64,000 nt of DNA from assembly GCF_009914755.1 (NCBI RefSeq), contig NC_060939.1; one strand, given 5' to 3'. Position 1 is the stretch's first letter. Each line of letters opens with the position of its first letter. A program made the position numbers and the translations under genes. The notes below the pieces were generated by a model. That model had not been told where the DNA came from and made no database searches. It saw only the letters and a list, made by a program, of their open reading frames with translations. This document shows, piece by piece, positions 1 through 17,283 of the stretch. Source of the DNA: the human T2T-CHM13v2.0 reference genome, Homo sapiens.

Positions 1-3794
<3,794 letters not shown>

Positions 3795-4754
3795 GGCAGA
3801 TCAATGGCAGATATGGTACTTCACTCTGAAATATGGAAATTTTAGAACAGTTCCCAGTCTCTTTAGGCTTTCTTATCAGTAAAACACAGTACTCAGATTT
3901 ACATGAATAAATTACAGGTTTTGGAAAGTAATAGGAATTAGATAATGTAGAGATATGAGCTCATGGAGTTTATGGAATAGTTATTTTTCATTACTTACAG
4001 ATTTGGCTCACATAATTATCTTTCCTCACTTTGCACCTTATATATTCTCATTTATTAGTGGGTTTCCCAACAATCTTCCTGTTTCTTCTCATTATGTATA
4101 TTGCTTCCCAGTGGTGAAAATGGTGTTGAATGAGAACAAGCATTGTCAACTGGTGATGTTCATTGCTGTCCGTAGTCTAAGAAATGAGGCAGAGATGGAT
4201 GCTCAACATATGCTTAATGCTGAGCCCCTCCCCCTTCATCTAAATGGGTTGCAACATCTTCCAAAGTTGGAAAACCATCCGAGTCAAAACATATCTACTG
4301 CTTGTTTCCTGGTAAAAGGGGCACTTTGAGAGCAGAGCCACCAGAATTAAGGTATGTTGAACTATCAGTATTTTTGAATTTCTTGAGTAATTGATACTGA
4401 ACTGATTCCTTTGGATATGGCACTTACTTCATAGAGGCTTTTCTTGGGATGGGATTCTGTGCTGTGAGGATAGAGAATGTCTGAGCCTTAGGTCAAGTTT
4501 TTGTTTTTGTTTTTTCCTGGTGGCCTTTCATTGTACATACAGTAACAATGAAAATAGTTCATTGGGAGATGCAGGCAAGAGATCACAGATTAGTGTGATC
4601 TGCCTTGGACCAGGTAGTGCAATGTTGAATGTGATATCCAGGCAAGAGCTAAATATAACAAAATAAAGTCTGATTGATAATTTGTTCTGAAGTTGCGTCA
4701 ACATTCATGTAGTTAAACTAGAGTTTATGGACAACTGAACATAATCATCTAGGG

Positions 4755-5050
4755 TTACACTGTCCAATATGGTAGCTACTAACCAGATCTGCCTACTGAA
4801 CACTTGAAATGTGGTTTGTTTAAATTGAGATGTAACATAAGCAAAGAGTTCAAAGAAAAGAATGTGATATAATAATTTTTTATATTGAATGTATGCTGAA
4901 ATAATATTTTAGATATACTGGATTAAATGAAATATATTATTAAAATGAAATTTTCACTTGTTTCTTTTTTTACTTTTTAAAATGTGCTTAAAACAAAATA
5001 TTTTAAAAATCACATATGTAGCTCACATTTTATTTTATTTGGGCATGCTG
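4755..5050. mobile_element. MER33/MER3-like hAT-Charlie DNA transposon fossil
   Basis: Starts CACTGTCCAATATGGTAGC..CACTTGAAATGTGG; AT-rich core; ends TTGGGCATGCTG. Confidence 0.75.
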
Positions 5051-5067
5051 GTTGAGAGCTTTCTATT

Positions 5068-5525
5068 AAGACAGACGTGGCTTTGAGTCCTGGCTCTGAT
5101 CCACGGAAGTCATTTAATTTCAATAAGTCTCAGGTTCCTTCTTGAATAATAATAGTACTTACCATAGTGTTTTTATGAGGATTAATGGAGATAATGTTCG
5201 TAAGGTACTTGGTAAATTACCTGGCACAAAGGAAATAAACATTTAAATAAAAGCCTAAGACTAATATTCTGGAGATCTAGATTCTTTTGCCTACTAATCA
5301 CTCAGGCAGCATTGAAGGAGTCACTTATTCTCTCTGGCTTACCCATGTATAAAATTATGTCACTTTAACCATGTATAAAATGATGGGTTTGTGTAGAATA
5401 TTTACAATATTTACAGTATCTACTTGGGTAATTTGCATCACTTCTTTGTGAATCAGTCTCCTCATTTGGGAAATGATGAGGTGGATTACATTATCTCTGT
5501 GGTCCCTTTCAGCTTGAAATTCTGC
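5068..5525 (+). mobile_element. Cluster of MIR/MIR3 SINE fragments
   Basis: MIR core-like motifs: GAGTCCTGGCTCTG..AGTCATTTAA..TCTCAG..GAGGATTAATGGAGATAATG, and CAGTCTCCTCATTTG..GGTCCCTTTCAGC. Confidence 0.6.
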
Positions 5526-8445
5526 AATTTTATAACTTAAATCAAATATGAAAACTTTGTCATTGCTGACAAAGCATTTCTAGCAGGTTTGACTATGGCA
5601 ATGATTTAATTTAGATATGTTTCTCTTCCTGTCAAAACAGTGCGATATGATATATGCCACATCAAGAAGCCTTGTCCCAAAGACTTATTTCATAAAATAG
5701 GGAATTATAAAAGTGAATTTCAGTAACTAGCATCACCTCTGAGCCTGACCTAGTTACAGTCTTTCAATGTTTTACTGCCTACATCTGTGCAATGGGCCCA
5801 AAGAATTTGTCGGATATCTGATTATTGCAAAGACAATAAATGGTTGTGTCCTGTGGAGGAAAAAATAATTCCCATTTGAATACGAAAAACAAAGAGTATT
5901 TCTCATGAGCGTGTCTCTAAGAATGACTTCATAAAAAATGTAGCTATTTAAAAATATAGAGATGGTAACAGAAACAGATTTGTGAAATATCTCATGCTTC
6001 CAAGTACTTTGTATTTTTTTATGTACAACCTTTATATTTCCTACTGCCTGCCTTTGGATATCAGAAAGGAGAATTCTTATTTTTCACTACACACTTGATC
6101 TTTTGGTAATTTGATTCATGGGATTTTTCTGTTTGTAAACAATATTGCATGGGAACAAGTGACACACAATGTTTTTTACTGAGCATATCTCTTACTAGGC
6201 ATGGGTGAACTTTGCAGAGCAGAATGGATTCTCAGCCCAGAGAGTGGGGATTATACATATAGGTGAGGTTGAATGATAAAAATAAAAAAAAATACAGTCA
6301 CACCAAGAGCAGGAGAATGAGTAGAAAAGAGGCAGCAAATTCTTTGGATCTACAATATATCTAGCTTTATGTTCACTGTGTTCTTATGAGACGTCTTTCA
6401 AAAACATCAATGTTGAAATTTTGGTTTCACTATTGGGCACTTGCTATTTTTCTAAATTACTATAACCAAGAAATTGCCTAACATACTAAGAGTTATAGTG
6501 AAATTGTCTAGGAGACAAAATCCCACTCTTACCAGTAGTGTCCCTTTCTAAAGCAATTTATCCACATAAATTGGTTGGTCTTCAAATAATTGAAATTTAA
6601 ATTATACTACAATGTCCCGTCTCTACCATGCCAGTTAAGTTGTAGTGTGAAACTTTGTAATGTATCACACTTTACAATTTTTCAATGTGTTTGTATGTCT
6701 TACTATATTTTATTATTTTTATCAGGATTAGAACTCAAAATCTTGGTTATCGTTAGTAGCAGAGTTGATCTGTAATGTATGACTAGCTTTGATAATATGG
6801 ACAAATCCTTATAATAGAACTAGAAGGTGCTTGATGATTTGACACTAATGTAAAAGATTAAATTCACAGAAAATAAATGTAAGTATGACAAATCAATAGA
6901 TGGAAAACTTTATAAATGTGGTTTCTAGCCATTATCAAAATCTGGAAAGATACAAACATTTTTTTAAATGTTTAGATAAACAGTGGGTAATATTCATAGG
7001 ATGGAGCAAAATCTAAGTGACAATCCTGTGACTAGGAAAGAAGGAAATCGATCATGTGCCAAACACTACACTACACATTTTCATACATATTAGCTCATTA
7101 CGCACTGATACTGTAAATAAGTTGCCAAACTCTTCATCAGTAAGCGGTGGGATAATAATTCTAAAACCAGCCCCAGCTGATGTTTCTTACATTTGAGAGC
7201 AGAAAGGAATTAACACAAAAGGGCCTCTGTGAATCTATTATCTGTAGTGACTATTATATCATAACGAACTTATTTGTAAAAATCCGCCTTGTAATGTTGG
7301 GGATTTTTAAGTTTAGAAATTCCTAAAATCCTGCTGCTGCATGACAATGGCATGCAGAAAATACAAAGAGTAGACAGCAGAACTAGGACAGTGGGTGAGC
7401 TCAGTGCAAGGAAGAACTTGAAAAAGCAAACAAGATCTCCACTTGAGATAATATGCTGTTCTCATGGAAAAAGAAACTGAGTGATAAGCCCTCAGGAAAA
7501 CTGTAAACGGGTGGCCAACAGCATCTAAGATTGCTAACTCAATGGATTAGGGAAGGAAATTAATAGCAATGAGGAAATATAATAGCACAGATAGCTCATA
7601 ATTTTGAGCTTCTTTTCCCATATTGCTCCCATCTGTCCTGCTGTTGCCCACTCAATGTCCAAAGCTAGTGTAACCACTGGGCAGCTGTGCTCTTAAGACA
7701 GAAGAGGTCTGCAGATCACAGGTCACTGCTGATATTTCCTTGTATCAAAAACAATGTCTAACAAGTTACACAAACTTTAATCATAGTAACCGTGATGCCC
7801 CAAGCATTGAGACAAATGCTGGGAGAAATTTTAAAATGTCCCTCACAGGGTTCATGGTCATGTGAAGGACATAGACATGAATAACCAATGGAAAAGTAAC
7901 ACACTTCCATAGGGGTAAAACTTAGGAAGCACTTAAATATTAATTCCCATATTGTCTTTATAAAACTGCTTAACTCCTGGAATGTCAGTAGTGTTAGGCC
8001 TCATTGCTTTTCTCTATGAAATGGATATGATGATAATGACTTCCCTTGCAGAATTTCTGTGTTGTATAAATGTACTGATATAATTCAATATATATCCACT
8101 CTCTATAGTCTTTATCAAGAGGAAAAAATTTGGTTGGGGGTAAAAAATGGAAGACAAAGAAATCTATCAAATATATTTTTATAAATAATCATTCAAACAT
8201 TTCCTGAATAATTCCGCATTACTTAATTGAAAATTTAAAGTCCTTATCAATAATTTTAGCACATAAGTATATTTTTAAACCCCCTTTTTGCACAGATTAT
8301 AACACTAAGAACCAGAAAAATCAAGAGAATTTCTAAAGGTTACTCAGCTAATAAGTGGCGGAGTCACGCTTGGGTTCAGACTTCTGACTCCTGCCTTGGT
8401 GCTCACATGCTTAATTTTGTATCTCAGAGTATTGGACTTGGCTAA

Positions 8446-8822
8446 TGTCTTAGTCCATTCTCATACTGCTGTAAATAAATACCTGAGACTGGGTAATTTA
8501 TGAAGAAAAGATATTTAATTGACTCACCGTTCCACAGGCTTAACAGGAAGCATGACTGAGAGGCCTCAGGAAACTTACAATCATGGTGGAAGGTGAAGGG
8601 GAAACAAGGACCTTCTTTACATGGTGGCAGGGGAGAGAGAGAAAGAGAGCAGGGGGAAGTGCCACACATTGTTAAACCATCAGATGTCGTGAGAACTTAC
8701 TCACATTCATGAGAACAGCAAGGAGGAAATTCACCCCCATGATCCAATCACCTCCCACCAGGCTCCTTCTCCAGCACATTCGACATGAGATTTGGGTGGG
8801 GACACTAAGCCAAACCATAGTA
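8446..8822 (-). mobile_element. MaLR solo LTR (THE1D/MSTA-like)
   Basis: TGTCTTAGTCCATTCTC...GGGACACTAAGCCAAACCATAGTA; 5-bp TSD GCTAA (8441) / GCTAG (8823) with one mismatch. Confidence 0.9.
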
Positions 8823-10117
8823 GCTAGATTTGCCAGATTCTAAGTAGAAAAAGGATTATACAGAAAATGTTTACATCAGTTTTTTTGTCTGCTTAGCTTC
8901 TTTATACAATTTATTAATATAAAATACTGATAGCTGAGTGAAGTATGATATACCTAAAAATTGTCATTAAGTACTTCTGTATTTAAGCACATTTACAGAG
9001 AATTTTGTTACTGAAAGTGTAATCATGTACCTCCTAGGAGTTAGCAAAAAAAAAACCCCAAGATTAATATAATCGTATACAATATATTATTCCCTTTTAG
9101 GTTATCCAGATTTATTCCCATCAACATAAATGTATTCCTATAGATTACTGTGTATTCATGAATTGGATTTCTTAGGAGCATGTGAGCTCAGACAATTTTC
9201 TATATACACCAAAAAAGTCTTAGTCTTTGCAGTCATAGTCAATAAAGCAGTAATTTGAAATGTAAATCATAACATCTCTAAACAATATAATATAATGAAT
9301 AAATATAAACATAATATAACCTACCTTTATTCAATTTAATCGGTTTGTTCTTGATTGTAAGTGAATGAGTTTGCTGGTTCCCCAAGTCCAAGTAGAAACT
9401 GTCTTACTCTGGTTCCGTTTTCCTTGAGCCACTGTGGTAAACCTTTTTTTCTGGTGCAGAAAACACACATACAATAAAACTAACATTATTGATGGACTCT
9501 TGATAAGGAAATTCCCTAAAGGTTAGCTGAAACTCAACCCCTTTCTTCACATTAAGAAAGCATATTGACATGAAAGTTGTATTTTTAAGTAATAAACTAT
9601 CTCTCTATCTCATCTGTCTATCTATCTATCTAATCTATCTTTCTGGCTGTTTTCAAGCATCAGTATGTTAGGTATTATTAGTGACTCAATTTGTAACTGA
9701 TCAGCTCTATCAAGGTATCAAGATTCCACTGGGATCACTCCTGCCTTAGAAGGGAGTAACATGGATCTGCATGGAGTGCAGTGGATTAGTCACTGAGGGG
9801 AACACATCACCTTCTGATGGCCAGATCTACAGAACACCTGTTATTATCTTGCAGTGCCTGGATTCGAAGTTATAGTTAACAAAGTATCATTTTGGGGGTG
9901 TATTTCAAAATTTTCATGTGTAGATCAATGTTCAGAACTTTTTAGGGTCCTGTTTCTATTGATTAATCTAAATAGTGTATACCTGTGTGTGTAGGGAGAC
10001 CTAATGACAAATCTTCATCACTTAATTTTATCGTTTTGTTGATTCAGAGAGTCTTGAGTTCCTGGGATTGCTGCAGATTAAACTATGACACACTTGTGTA
10101 GAGTTAGTTAGGTCTTT

Positions 10118-10305
10118 GGCATCAGATAGACCAAATGGGGGTTCTGGCATGGCCGGTGGAACCCTGACCAGTGACATTTACTCTCTGTCTGCTTCCTCAT
10201 CAGGAAGATGAGAAAGACGATTTTAAGGACCAAATAAGGTAATGCATATGAAGTTTTTTTTTTCCAAATTCTTGGCATGTAGTGTGCACTTAACAATAAT
10301 AATAA
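10118..10305 (+). mobile_element. MIR SINE fragment
   Basis: CTTCCTCATCAGGAAGATG..AGGACCAAATAAGGTAATGCATATGAAG..TGGCATGTAGT. Confidence 0.55.
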
Positions 10306-11740
10306 GTGATGATTACATAATTCTACTAATTTACACCAGGATTTAATCAGCAAGGCAGCAAACACATATCTTATATTTGCCCTGTTTTGTTCTCCACAAA
10401 AGGTGAGATGTTCAAAGTGTATGATACTGCCAGCAGGTGCCTGTGCTTCATGCCTCACTAAAGGAACTTTCATGTGAATTTCAAAAGAAATTCCAAATGA
10501 TATTCTTCTAAAAGAGAAATAGCTTCTGTGCATCACAACTGAGGAAGCCACTGATATACAAAATTCTACTTTCTGTAATACTGCTTTGGTATATTGATCG
10601 GTTTAACCAGCTTAACCTTTCTGAGTCTGTTACTCTTTTATAAATGTTGTTAGTGTTTGGTGTACTAGATGTTAAATGGATAGTACAGTGTATTGATTCT
10701 GAATCTAATTTTGGTTTCCAGCGTATTGAGGATAACTAAATCTGGCATTTAGAGCACTCCAATACTGCATGATAATTTTTTAAAATATTTTTTCCTGAAA
10801 AAAGACATTGTAAGCACATTTAAAGAGTTCCTAGTAAAAATTAAGTCTATGCAAATTTTTGTTATTGAAGATATCATTAGGCAGCATTGAAGAACTAAAT
10901 TTATTCCAATAATCATTATAATGATGAAAAAATTCCTTGCTTCAATAATTGATTTATGCTTCATTTAAATGTACAGAGTAGTTCCAATATAATTTCTTAT
11001 TAGCTCTAATGACGAATTTTAAAGTAGCATGGCTCTGAAATAAAGATGAAAATTCTCCATACAACTTATTGCATTTAAATGGAATTAATATTTAATATTT
11101 AAAAAATCATTTGATGTAAATAGCCATCATGAATCACTGCAAATATACTAAGATGTAATTAAACGCTTTTTTCTTTTCAAATGCATCTACTTGTTTCATA
11201 ATAAATTATTTTTGTAATCTTTCTTCTTTTAAGCTGTGCTATTACTTTTGAAATTATTTTTAATTGTGAAATAGCATCAACTCTAAAAAAACAGCAAATT
11301 AAAATATCTCCTCCTAGGCAAATTCAAAATTGCTGAATTATTGTTTAACATTTGCTTTTATCTTGCAATTGTTTAAACCATGATAGTAAACACTCATTTT
11401 CTAAAACAGAAGGAAAATGGGCAAAACTTGGGGGAAAGGCAAGATCCTGTGATTATAAAGCTTTCACTGCATAAGACTGTGCACATAGAGAAACTATTGT
11501 TACCTAATTCTGTACTTGGCATTTTTTGGGGTGACAATATGTGTCATAAACTTGGTGGGGCAGGATTAGTATAGCTCCTATTGGCTAGATCCAGGAATCA
11601 GGCACCTAGGGGTACAGCGTTCAGAAGAGCTGCCAGTACATCTGGGAGTTCTTGAGGCTATTTCGTGGCATTGTGAAATTCAGAAGGCTGGCAGCGTGGG
11701 CTGTTATCAGATTCTCTTTGGCCCGTAAGGATCTGACCAA

Positions 11741-11819
<79 letters not shown>
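11741..11819. repeat. Compound (CT)n(CA)n microsatellite
   Basis: Directly visible. Confidence 0.98.
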
Positions 11820-11820
<1 letters not shown>

Positions 11821-12124
11821 CAAATAAGAATTCGGGGGCAATCTCTAACTACTCTATGGAGAATAAACTTATTTTAAGTATATTACAAGACATCAGGACA
11901 GCAGCTCTTCTGCCTGAGTGGTAGTTCCTGAAGCACTCTGGACCCAGCTCTGTACACTTAGTATGTAGAGAGGAAAAAGTCATGATAAATGAGCCAAAAG
12001 TCCTAGTTTAGGTTCAATAACTCTCTCAAGGCCTCAGTTTTCTCATCTGTTATGTAAAATCCATGTCATTTTTCTGATAGATCCATGGAGTTCATAGACT
12101 GACGGTGTGAATGAATGCTTAAGT

Positions 12125-12260
12125 TAGTGTGACTAAATAATTTCATCATCTAAACCAGGACAATTTTGAGACTGCAGGAGGGAGATATTGTTAATTATAC
12201 TGGTACAATATCTATAAACCAGGACCACCTGTGGCAAACAGGATCATATGTTTACTCCAG
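12125..12260. mobile_element. MER94-like hAT-Blackjack fossil
   Basis: TAGTGTGACTAAATAATTTCATCATCTAAACCAGGACA..AAACCAGGAC..GGCAAACAGGATCATATG; ~135 bp. Confidence 0.6.
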
Positions 12261-12290
12261 GTATAGCACTTTTAAAATTAGGAAGGTCTC

Positions 12291-12366
12291 TTTGACTGTA
12301 AGATGTGATAGTGGCAGTGGTGATAGTATTTGACTGTAAAGTGTGACAGTGGCAGTGGTGACAGTA
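12291..12366. repeat. 38-bp tandem duplication (2 copies, 4 mismatches)
   Basis: TTTGACTGTAAGATGTGATAGTGGCAGTGGTGATAGTA / TTTGACTGTAAAGTGTGACAGTGGCAGTGGTGACAGTA. Confidence 0.95.
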
Positions 12367-12672
12367 TCTAAAGCCTGGCTTCCAAACCCGATTTGACAAG
12401 GTATAGTGAGTCTTTCTGTGACATCAGAGGAAGGAATATGAACAGCATAACTTGTGACGTTGCCAATATTCTGATAATGAGGAGAACATACAGATAGCGA
12501 TTTTATACTTTCTTCCCATAGTAAACTATGGATGACAAATTCTTGACTCCATCATCACATTCCAGCCATGACCATGTTAAGATATTTGTGTTATTCCCAT
12601 CTGCCTTGAACATCCCCTCTAACCCATTCAGGAAACTAGTCTTTTTGGATGTCAAATATTTTCACTTCAGAA

Positions 12673-12839
12673 AGCTGGGTGCAGTGGCTTATGCCTGTAA
12701 TCTCAACACTTTGTGAGGCTGAACAGGGAGGATCACTTGAAGCCAGGAGTTCGAGACTAGCTTGGGCAACAAAGACCCCATCTCGAGAGAGAGAGAGAGA
12801 GAGACAGAGAGAGAGACAGAGAGACAGAGAGCGAGAGAG
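12673..12839 (+). mobile_element. Alu left monomer (FLAM-like) with (GA)n tail
   Basis: GCTGGGTGCAGTGGCTTATGCCTGTAATC..GGAGGATCACTTGAAGCCAGGAGTTCGAGAC followed by a GA repeat. Confidence 0.9.
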
Positions 12840-13671
12840 CATGCTAATCTCCCTGACAAAAGTTCACAGTGCCCTAGAGGTCAGTTGCTTGAGAAAGACA
12901 GATTAGGCCAATTCCTTTTAGCATAATGGATTTGTGTAATGGCCTCCACTCGATACTATCAGGTATGGTTTGCAAGAGGGTACAATATTAAAATGAAATG
13001 GGTATTTTGAGAAAAGAATTCTTAAATAAATTTTTTAAAAATTTGAAATATCTTTATGCTTCAAAGTCTTATAGAATTTTTTTTTTAGATTTATCTATAC
13101 TGTTTGTAAAGCAATAATAAGCGAAGTTCTTTTCTACAGTTTTCCCTTCTATAAACCAGGCTTTCAAATAATGTAATCAGAAATGATGGATGTGAATATA
13201 TTTGTATTTTTCCCAGTTTAATAGAGCTCATAGAGAAGAAAGGTTGTATGCTATTCTTCAAGGTTATTATCAGTTATCACTATTAATTTTGGCCAGGAAA
13301 ATGAGTCTATTGAGTTGAATAATCTTGATGTTTACTTAGAGAAAATAATTTTTTATTGCTAAACTATCTTTCTTCTTTCTATCATGCTTGGAGATTAGAG
13401 AATAAGGAGAATAAGAATACTATATTTTTGTAGCTGCTTGATTTAATAATAGAGACAAAAAACTGTGGAAATTTGTGTTATTTAATCAACATTGTACAAT
13501 CTGAAAAAAATCCTATCAGCTATATTAAGGTTCCCTTTTTTCTTCAAACAAAACTCTTTTTAAAGAAAATTTATTCTTTTATAATATTTTGTGTTAAGCT
13601 AATTGTTAGAATCAGTTAAATCAGGAAATTTTACTAAATAATGATCTAACTGGTTATAGGACCTTTATTCC

Positions 13672-14286
13672 TTTTTTTAATTTTTATTTTTTATTTCAAT
13701 AGGTTTTGGGGGAACAGGTAGTGTTTCATTACAAGGATAAGTTTTTTAGTGATGATTTCTGAGATTTTGGTGCACCCATCTCTCACCATCTCTCACCCCT
13801 CTCCTGCCCTTTCCCCTGAGTCCCCAAAGTCCATTGTATTATTCTTATGTCTTTGCATCCTCATAGCTTAGCTCCCACTTATGAGTGAGAATACATGATG
13901 TTTGGCTTTCCATTCCTTAGCGACTTCCCTTAGAATAATAGTCTTCAATTCCATCCAGGTTGCTGCTGATGTCATTATTTCACTTCTTTTTACGGCTGAG
14001 TAGTATTCCATGGTGTGTGTGTGTGTGTGTGTGTGTATGTATTTATATATCACTTTTTCTTTATCCACTCATTGATTGATTGGCATTTGGGCTGGTTCCA
14101 TATTTTTGCAATTGCAAACTGTGCTGTTATAAACATGTGTGCAAGTATCTTTTTCATTAATAATTTATTTTCCTCTGGGTAGATACCCAGGAGTGGGATT
14201 GGTAGATCAAATGGTAGATCTACTTTTAGTTATTTAAGGAATCTCCACACTGTTTTCCACAGCAGTTGTACTAGTTCACATTCCCA
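13672..14286 (-). mobile_element. 5'-truncated L1PB-like 3' end
   Basis: T-tail, then TTTCAATAGGTTTTGGGGGAACAGG..GATTTTGGTGCACCC. ORF2 C-terminus remnant (MEYYSAVKR). Degenerate TSD ATAGGACCTTTATTCCT (13656) / ACAGGTTCTTTATTCCT (14288). Confidence 0.88.
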
Positions 14287-14786
14287 TACAGGTTCTTTAT
14301 TCCTAAGAATCTACAGGTGGTCTAAATTTAGGATTATCTGGTTCCACATAAGGAATATACAGTTTTTCTATTGCATACAGCAGGTGGTATCAACAAGAAT
14401 AATTGCCTTAGCATATACTGAGTAAAGACTAATAAGAAGAAACTACATTACCAAACAGAAAGATGATATTCATTTCCTTGATGCCAAACTGCACAGACTT
14501 AATAACATTTTTTCACTAAAAAAATTTAAAATCATTGTATGTGATATATAGTAGAAATGGTAAGTTTAAAATCCAAAAGACTCTTCCTGGTGATTTCTAG
14601 GACTCAATTTTTCCTTTGATGTATATGCATAAAAATTATTCTCCAGCCATAGTGAAAACAATGCTGGAAGTATTTAGAGTTGTTACCTAAGTGATGCAAA
14701 CACCGTTGGCCAATCTGGAAAGAGGAAACATTTCACTGACATTTGAAATTGAATTGGAAATTCCATGATTTTTTTAATAAAGAGTA

Positions 14787-14938
14787 TTTTTTAGAGACAG
14801 TGTCTCATTTGTTTGCCTAGGCTGAAACGGGGTGGCACAATCACAGCTCCCTGAAGCCTGGAACTCCTGGGCTCAAATGATCTTCCTGCCTCAGCCCCAA
14901 GGTGCTGGGACTACAAGCATGAGTCACCATGCCTGGCC
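14787..14938 (-). mobile_element. Free Alu monomer (FRAM/FAM-like)
   Basis: Single arm GAGACAGTGTCTC..CTCCTGGGCTCAAATGATC..ATGCCTGGCC. Confidence 0.75.
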
Positions 14939-15194
14939 AACACTTGGTTTTTTTTTTGTAAAGGGGGTGACTATAGTGAACCACACATTTTATAAATGAG
15001 TACCATTTCAAATATGCATACACTCACTGGGTGCCTAAAGTATTTCCTATCCTTTTTGAAATTTCTTTTTTAAAACAAGTCATAGTGTATAACTTAAGGG
15101 CTTATCATCTCTTACTCTTTCTGAAAGGAAAAAAAAAACATGTGCACATAAATGGGTTTAAAATATGTTTGTTTTAAGTAAAAAAGAATGATTT

Positions 15195-16009
15195 AACATA
15201 CAAGCAGCCAACAAACATGAAAAATGCTCAACATAATTAATTTTCAGAAAAATGCAAATCAAAACCACAATGAAATACCATCTCACATGGGTCAGAATGG
15301 CTATTATTAAAAAGTCAAAAAAATAACAGATGTTAGTGAGGATGCAGGGAAAAGGGAATGCTTGTACATTGTTGGTGAGAATGTAAATTAGTTCAACCTT
15401 CATAAAAAACCGTATGGAGATTTCTCAAAAAACTAAAAATAGTACCACCATTCAACAAAGAAATCCCATTATTGTGTATCTACTCAAAGGATAATACATC
15501 ATTTATTTTAAATTAATAAATAAATAATCTATTTAAATCATTATATCAAAAAGACACCTGTACTTGAATGTTAATTGCAGCACTAGTCACATTAGCAAGA
15601 TATGGAATCAACCTTAGTGTCCATCAATGGATGACTGGATAAAGAAAATGTGGAATATATACACCACAGAATACTATGCATCCATGAAAATGAATACAAT
15701 CATCCCTTTTTCAGTAGCATAGATCAAGCTGGAGGCCATTATTCTGAGGGAAATAACTCAGAAACAGAAAATCAAACACTGCATGTTCTCACTTATAAGT
15801 GGGAGCTAAACAATGGGTAAACATGAACATATAGAGAGAAATAATAGACACTGGAGACTCCAAAAGCAGGGAGAGAGAGTAGAAAAATTACCTCTTGGGT
15901 ACAATGTTCATAACTTGGGTGATGGGTACACTAAAAGTCCAGACTTCATCAATATGCAGTGTAACAAAACTGTACATGTACCCCTTGAATCTATGATTTA
16001 AAAAAAAAA
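15195..16009 (+). mobile_element. 5'-truncated L1MA1-3-like 3' end
   Basis: ORF2 tail plus 3'UTR GGGTACACTAAAAGTCCAGACTTCA. TSD-like AAAAAAGAATGATTTA (15180) / AAAAAAAAATGATTTA (16001). Confidence 0.85.
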
Positions 16010-16382
16010 TGATTTAGGACAGAGTTTTGTGACTTCAGTAATCCTCAAAATTTTGTTTACATCAAAGATGGTCATAATAAAACCGGATTTTACAATTGCT
16101 TCCTAATTTCAGCTGTATTATGCCATTAATCTACATACATAATCAGGGGGCATATCTTAGAATTTTTTGAGGTATTATGAATTATGAAAAGAAATGTAGC
16201 ATATATTTAGAATGTGTTTGGTTCACAGATTATATTTTTATATTTTCTGCTCTTAGTTTTTAAAGTGTGAAGGTTCAACACCTCATAGTTTCAATACTAA
16301 TAACAATAAAATTATATTAAATTTAGTCACTGCATATGTAGTCCTTTATTTTTTAGAAAACAACTGGGATTTTTGCTTTTAT

Positions 16383-17283
16383 GGGGGGAGGAGCCAAGAT
16401 GGCCGAATAGGAACAGCTCCGGTCTACAGCTCCCAGCGTGAGCGACGCAGAAGACGGGTGATTTCTGCATTTCCATCTGAGGTACCGGGTTCATCTCACT
16501 AGGGAGTGCCAGACAGTGGGCGCAGGTCAGTGGGTGTGCGCACCGTGCGCAAGCTGAAGCAGGGTGAGGCATTGCCTCACTCGGGAAGCGCAAGGGGTCA
16601 GGGAGTTCCCTTTCCTAGTCAAAGAAAGGGGTGACTGACGGCACCTGGAAAATCGGGTCACTCCCACCCGAATACTGCACTTTTCCGACGGGCTTAAAAA
16701 ACCGCTCACCACAAGATTCTATCCCGCACCTGGCTCAGAGGGTCCTATGCCCATGGAGTCTCACTGATTGCTAGCACAGCAGTCCGAGATCAAACTGCAA
16801 GGCCCCAGCGAGGCTGGGGGAGAGGCGCCTGCCATTGCCCAGGCTTGCTTAGGTAAACACGGGAAGCTCGAACTGGGTGGAGCCCACCACAGCTCAAGGA
16901 GGCCTGCCTGCCTCTGTAGGCTCCACCTCTGGGGGCAGGGCACAGACAAACAAAAAGACAGCAGTAACCTCTGCAGACTTAAATGTCCCTGTCTGACAGC
17001 TTTGAAGAGAGCAGTGGTTCTCCCAGTACGCAGCTGGAGATCTGAGAACGGGCAGACTGCCTCCTCAAGTGGGTCCCTGACCCCTGACCCCTGAGCAGCC
17101 TAACTGGGAGGCACCCCCCAGCAGGGGCACACTGACATCTCACACGGCAGGGTACTCCAACAGACCTCCAGCTGAGGGTCCTGTCTGTTAGAAGGAAAAC
17201 TAAAAAACAGAAAGGACATCCACACCAAAAACCCATCTGTACATCACCATCATCGAAGACCAAAAGTAGATAAAACCACAAAG
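16383..17283 (+). promoter_or_regulatory. L1 5'UTR internal sense and antisense promoter region
   Basis: YY1 motif CAAGATGGCCG at 16395; many CpGs retained. Activity cannot be read from sequence. Confidence 0.75.
16761..16835 (-). pseudogene. L1 ORF0, truncated after 24 aa
   Basis: MAGASPPASLGPCSLISDCCASNQ then TGA (CpG decay of CGA). Confidence 0.8.

Noticed and set aside
3955-4356. 124-aa ORF with a nearby donor-like AAG|GTATGT
   Set aside because: No recognisable homology or clear acceptor; consistent with a chance ORF.
10108-10551. 147-aa minus-strand ORF
   Set aside because: Non-ATG start, runs through a MIR, and shows no domain signature.
11621-11924. Low-complexity ORFs (CVCV, RERE, THTH; likewise YIYI at 25.6-26.0 kb)
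   Set aside because: Translations of microsatellites.
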